A DNA stretch of 64,000 nt from contig JALWTX010000015.1 in the NCBI GenBank assembly GCA_026993355.1, forward strand, positions 28,777-92,776, written 5' to 3'. A program made the position numbers and the translations under genes. Of this stretch, positions 60,403-64,000 are shown piece by piece (position 1 is the stretch's first letter; each line of letters begins with the position of its first letter). Under the pieces are notes generated by a model that was given only the letters and a program-made list of their open reading frames with translations, ran no database searches and had not been told where the DNA came from. The stretch comes from Flavobacteriales bacterium. GTDB taxonomy: Bacteria > Bacteroidota > Bacteroidia > Flavobacteriales > Flavobacteriaceae.

Positions 60403-61175
60403 TGTTAGATTTTGTTCATTTTAGAATTCTTGATTTTATCGATATCTTTTTGGTGGCCTTACTTTTATACTACTTTTATAAGTTAATCAAAGGGACAGTT
60501 GCCATTAATATTTTTATTGGAATCGTTATTCTATATTTGATTTGGCTGTTGACCAAAAGCTTGCAAATGAATTTGTTATCAGAATTTTTGGGTAAGTTTT
60601 TGGGGGTTGGTGTTTTGGCCTTAATCATTGTTTTCCAACAAGAAATTCGTCGTTTTTTATTGATGATTGGTTCCACCAAATTTAATCCGTCAGGAAAACT
60701 GATGAACAGGTTGGGATTTAAACAAATGGCTACCAGCGAAACCGATGTTGAGGCCATTGTAAATGCCATTAAAGATTTGGCCAAGACCAAAACAGGGGCT
60801 TTAATCATTATTAAGCGGAATTCAAATCTTGATTTTTTAAAGCAAACCGGTGATGCCATGAATATTGAAGTTAATAAACCCATTATAGAAAGCATTTTTT
60901 TTAAAAACTCGCCTCTGCATGATGGGGCTGTTATTATAGAAGGTAATAAAATTACGGCTACCAGAACGGTGTTGCCCATTTCTGGCGAAATTCGTTTGCC
61001 ATCAACTTACGGCTTGCGTCATAGGGCAGCCATCAGTATAACCAAAAATACCGATGCTGTTGCTTTGGTCGTTTCCGAAGAGACTGGCAAAGTGTCTTAT
61101 ATCAAAGATGGCCGGTTTGTACCGTTTAAATCTTATGACGATTTAAAACAATTGTTAAAATACGATTTATATTAA
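60402..61175 (+). CDS. cdaA: Diadenylate cyclase CdaA (c-di-AMP synthase)
   Basis: Three N-terminal TM helices plus a DAC domain with the motifs HDGAVII and GLRHRAA. Confidence 0.9.
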   Translation: MLDFVHFRILDFIDIFLVALLLYYFYKLIKGTVAINIFIGIVILYLIWLLTKSLQMNLLSEFLGKFLGVGVLALIIVFQQEIRRFLLMIGSTKFNPSGKLMNRLGFKQMATSETDVEAIVNAIKDLAKTKTGALIIIKRNSNLDFLKQTGDAMNIEVNKPIIESIFFKNSPLHDGAVIIEGNKITATRTVLPISGEIRLPSTYGLRHRAAISITKNTDAVALVVSEETGKVSYIKDGRFVPFKSYDDLKQLLKYDLY

Positions 61176-61216
61176 TTTGTCAGACATTATAATTTTGATT
61201 GTTTACAAATAAAGCT

Positions 61217-61224
61217 TACTTTTG
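61217..61224 (+). promoter_or_regulatory. -7 promoter box TACTTTTG upstream of hpt/adk
   Basis: Exact TAnnTTTG ending 16 nt upstream of ATG 61241. This argues against the ORF-track TTG start at 61199. Confidence 0.55.
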
Positions 61225-61240
61225 CATTTTTAAAATAAAA

Positions 61241-62377
61241 ATGAAAGACATAAAACTTCATGGCAAAACATTTGAACCTTATATCACTAAGGAGCAAATA
61301 GAAGCGGCCATACGTAAGCTTTCTCATGAAATAGAAAACTATGCCAAAGATGAAACAATTGTTTTTGTCGTGGTCTTAAAGGGTTCTTTTATCTTTTCGG
61401 CGGACTTAGCCAAGCATTATCAAAAAAATGCCACTTTTGAATTTTACAGACTAAAATCTTATGAAGGAACACAAAGCAGTGGCGAGGTGAAGGTTTTAGT
61501 GGATATTGACGATCAATTAATTGAAGGAAAAAAAGTTGTTGTGTTAGAAGATATAGTGGACACAGGCAACACCTTAATCAAAATAATTGAAGAGTTAGGC
61601 CGGAAAAATCCGGCAGACCTTAAAATAGCCAGTCTTTTTTTTAAACCAACTGCTTATACCAAAAATAGGCCAATCGATTTTGTAGGAATGGAAATTCCCA
61701 ATGAATTTATTGTCGGTTATGGTCTCGACTATGACGAACTTGGAAGAAATTTACCTATTATATATAAACTAAAAGAAGAAAAAAAAGAAAAAATGATCGA
61801 TTTCATTCTATTTGGTCCTCCCGGCGCAGGAAAAGGGACACAAGCCAAAATCTTAAAAGATAAATTAGGGCTAACCTATATTGCCACCGGTGATTTATTC
61901 AGACATCATATCAAAAATCAGACACCACTTGGGAAAAAAGCCAAAGCTTATATAGACAAAGGCGATTTTGTTCCCGATGAGATTACTATTGACATGATTA
62001 AGGAAATTATTTCAGATCCAAATGTAAAAGGAATAATATTCGATGGTTTTCCGCGAACCGTTCGGCAAGCGGAGTCATTAGACAAACTAATGGCCGAAAA
62101 AGGTTTGATTATTGATGCATTGATAGCCTTAAATGTCCCCGAAGAACGTTTGATAAAACGTTTGCTAAATCGTGGTGCTACCGGTGAACGATCAGATGAT
62201 AATGAAGAAACGATTAAACATCGTTTAGACTTGTATCATCAAAAAACAGAGCCCGTCAAAGACTATTACAAAAAACAAAATAAGTTTTATGAAGTTAATG
62301 GGGTGGGCGATATCGAAGAAGTCAATCAAAGGCTTTTGGATGTCATTAACAGCATACAATTACGCGAAGAAGTTTAA
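61241..62377 (+). CDS. hpt/adk: In-frame fusion of hypoxanthine phosphoribosyltransferase (N-terminal 184 aa) and adenylate kinase (from Met at 61793)
   Basis: HPRT PRPP loop VVVLEDIVDTGNT. Adk P-loop GPPGAGKGT, plus GDLFR and FDGFPRT, short-LID type. There is no stop codon between the two domains. Confidence 0.85.
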   Translation: MKDIKLHGKTFEPYITKEQIEAAIRKLSHEIENYAKDETIVFVVVLKGSFIFSADLAKHYQKNATFEFYRLKSYEGTQSSGEVKVLVDIDDQLIEGKKVVVLEDIVDTGNTLIKIIEELGRKNPADLKIASLFFKPTAYTKNRPIDFVGMEIPNEFIVGYGLDYDELGRNLPIIYKLKEEKKEKMIDFILFGPPGAGKGTQAKILKDKLGLTYIATGDLFRHHIKNQTPLGKKAKAYIDKGDFVPDEITIDMIKEIISDPNVKGIIFDGFPRTVRQAESLDKLMAEKGLIIDALIALNVPEERLIKRLLNRGATGERSDDNEETIKHRLDLYHQKTEPVKDYYKKQNKFYEVNGVGDIEEVNQRLLDVINSIQLREEV

Positions 62378-62398
62378 TTCACTCTTTATTTCACACCA

Positions 62399-63391
62399 AT
62401 GACAGAAGGTAATTTTACCGATTATATCAAAATACACGTCAAATCCGGCAAAGGCGGAAAAGGCTCGGCGCATATGCGACGTGAAAAATATATTCCCAAG
62501 GGTGGCCCTGATGGTGGCGATGGTGGTCGTGGTGGTCATGTCATTATAAAGGGCAATAAAGACTATTGGACGCTTTATCATCTTAAATTTAAGCAACATT
62601 TTAAGGCCGAAAAAGGTGGAGATGGTAGTGGACAACGATCGACCGGTAAAGATGGTGAAGATATTTATATTCCGGTACCTCTGGGAACAGTGGTTAAAGA
62701 TACTGAAACCGGTGAAGTGATAGGTGAAATAACTGAAGATGGACAAGAACTAATCGTAGCCAAAGGTGGAAAAGGCGGCAAAGGCAATTGGCATTTTAAA
62801 ACAGCGACCAATCAAACACCACGGTATGCCCAACCCGGTTTGCCCGGTGAAGAGCGTGATTTGACTTTAGAACTTAAACTTTTGGCTGATGTAGGCTTAG
62901 TTGGTTTTCCCAATGCAGGCAAATCGACTTTGTTAAGTAAACTCACGGCTGCAAAACCCAAAATAGCCGATTATCCTTTTACCACTTTAAAACCCAATTT
63001 GGGCATTGTTTCTTACAGGGACGGTCGCTCCTTTGCCATAGCAGATGTTCCGGGTATTATTGAAGGCGCTGCAGAAGGTAAAGGTTTAGGCCATTATTTC
63101 TTACGACATATCGAGCGCAATTCCAACCTTTTATTTTTAGTGCCGGCCGATGCCGATGATATCAAAAAAGAATACGAAGTCTTGTTGAACGAACTAAAAA
63201 AATATAATCCTGAACTTTTGGACAAAAAACGCATCTTGGCTATCTCAAAGGCCGATTTATTGGATGATGAATTAGAACAAGAAATTGCTAAAGACTTACC
63301 AAAAGATATTCCTCATATTTTTATTTCGTCGTATACCGGTAAAAATTTAGACAAATTGAAAGATTTGTTGTGGAAAGAATTGAATACTTAA
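62399..63391 (+). CDS. obgE: GTPase Obg/CgtA
   Basis: Glycine-rich Obg fold ([12 protein letters not shown]), G1 GFPNAGKST and G3 DVPG. Confidence 0.95.
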   Translation: MTEGNFTDYIKIHVKSGKGGKGSAHMRREKYIPKGGPDGGDGGRGGHVIIKGNKDYWTLYHLKFKQHFKAEKGGDGSGQRSTGKDGEDIYIPVPLGTVVKDTETGEVIGEITEDGQELIVAKGGKGGKGNWHFKTATNQTPRYAQPGLPGEERDLTLELKLLADVGLVGFPNAGKSTLLSKLTAAKPKIADYPFTTLKPNLGIVSYRDGRSFAIADVPGIIEGAAEGKGLGHYFLRHIERNSNLLFLVPADADDIKKEYEVLLNELKKYNPELLDKKRILAISKADLLDDELEQEIAKDLPKDIPHIFISSYTGKNLDKLKDLLWKELNT

Positions 63392-63392
63392 C

Positions 63393-64000
63393 ATGAAAGT
63401 TCTACTACTCGATACCAATCACCCTTTATTAAAACAAGGTCTATTGTCGCTTGGTTTTGAAGTAGATGAAGATTATTTGTCCGAAAAAACCGAAATAGAA
63501 AAAAAAATAGATCGCTATGATGGCATCATTATTCGAAGTCGTTTCCCAATTGACTGGGATTTTTTAGAAAAAGCAACCAATTTAAAATTTATTGGCCGGG
63601 TAGGAGCGGGGTTGGAAAATATTGATATAGACTTTGCCCGTCAAAAAAATATTCAACTTTTTAATGCACCTGAAGGAAATCGAAATGCTGTGGGTGAACA
63701 TAGCTTAGGTCTAATTTTAAACTTATTTAATAAGATAAATAAATCGGACAGCGAAGTAAGACAAGGTATTTGGGACAGAGAAGCTAACCGGGGAGTCGAA
63801 TTGGATGGTAAAACAGTGGGTATTATCGGTTATGGTAATATGGGAAAAGCTTTTGCCAAAAAATTAAAAGGTTTTGACGTTAATGTCATAGCTTATGATA
63901 TTTTATCCAATGTTGGTGATGAGAATGCCCGTCAAGTAAATTTAGATGAATTATTTGAAAAAACAGATGTTTTGAGTTTGCATGTGCCACACACACCAAA
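63393..64000 (+). CDS. D-2-hydroxyacid dehydrogenase (phosphoglycerate dehydrogenase-like), C-terminus outside the window
   Basis: My own translation from ATG 63393 is open to the window end: MKVLLLDTNHP...FIGRVGAGLENID...GKTVGIIGYGNMGKAFA (NAD GxGxxG). It is not in the ORF track because it has no stop. Confidence 0.8.
   Translation, partial: MKVLLLDTNHPLLKQGLLSLGFEVDEDYLSEKTEIEKKIDRYDGIIIRSRFPIDWDFLEKATNLKFIGRVGAGLENIDIDFARQKNIQLFNAPEGNRNAVGEHSLGLILNLFNKINKSDSEVRQGIWDREANRGVELDGKTVGIIGYGNMGKAFAKKLKGFDVNVIAYDILSNVGDENARQVNLDELFEKTDVLSLHVPHTP

Noticed and set aside
60476-60979. A 167-aa ORF antisense to cdaA. Similar long antisense ORFs occur at 14865-15317 (trkA), 29951-30340 (ftsK), 9271-9651 (POT), 62360-62746 (obg), 42413-42787 (exonuclease/mutA) and 52504-52875 (sixA/aroC).
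   Set aside because: Each lies entirely opposite a gene with strong family motifs. Their translations are low-complexity or Cys/Phe/Ile-rich with no recognisable motifs, and none has a TAnnTTTG box in front. They are most simply explained as frame artefacts of codon-biased genes.

Overview
The window is a clearly AT-rich, densely coding stretch of chromosome from a member of the Bacteroidota, most likely a Flavobacteriia-like organism. Four things support that placement: many exact TAnnTTTG (-7 type) promoter boxes just upstream of genes and RNAs, no obvious Shine-Dalgarno sites, a T9SS C-terminal sorting domain, and a ribosomal protein Thx gene. I support about 62 protein genes, almost all housekeeping. 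They include ackA, lpd, fabI, pgk, ftsK-lolA-lptF/G, udk-ftsB, aroK, aroC, miaA, prmC, folC, exbB-exbD-tonB, cdaA, hpt/adk-obg, ktrAB-like K+ uptake, and a peptide-uptake block (DPP-IV plus two POT transporters). I also support three tRNAs (two tandem tRNA-Pro and one tRNA-Val), a 4.5S-type SRP RNA, several intrinsic terminators, and one 33-codon gene missing from the ORF track (ribosomal protein Thx). I see no CRISPR array, transposase, integrase, phage genes or recognisable defence system, so this is core genome rather than an accessory island, and I found no convincing 'new system'. The observations most worth a second look are these. (1) hpt and adk are fused in frame across an A8 homopolymer, and one fewer A would restore a classical ATGA-coupled gene pair. 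(2) One tRNA-Pro has an A34 (AGG) anticodon and sits next to a near-identical tRNA-Pro(CGG), with a 36-bp perfect palindrome between them. (3) A YfhO (GT-C) gene is paired with a GtrB/CsbB-sized GT2 gene in a Gram-negative lineage. (4) An unknown lipoprotein is translationally coupled to the c-di-AMP cyclase CdaA. (5) There is a stand-alone CZB zinc-binding sensor-domain protein. All functional calls come from motif recognition by eye; no database search was run.
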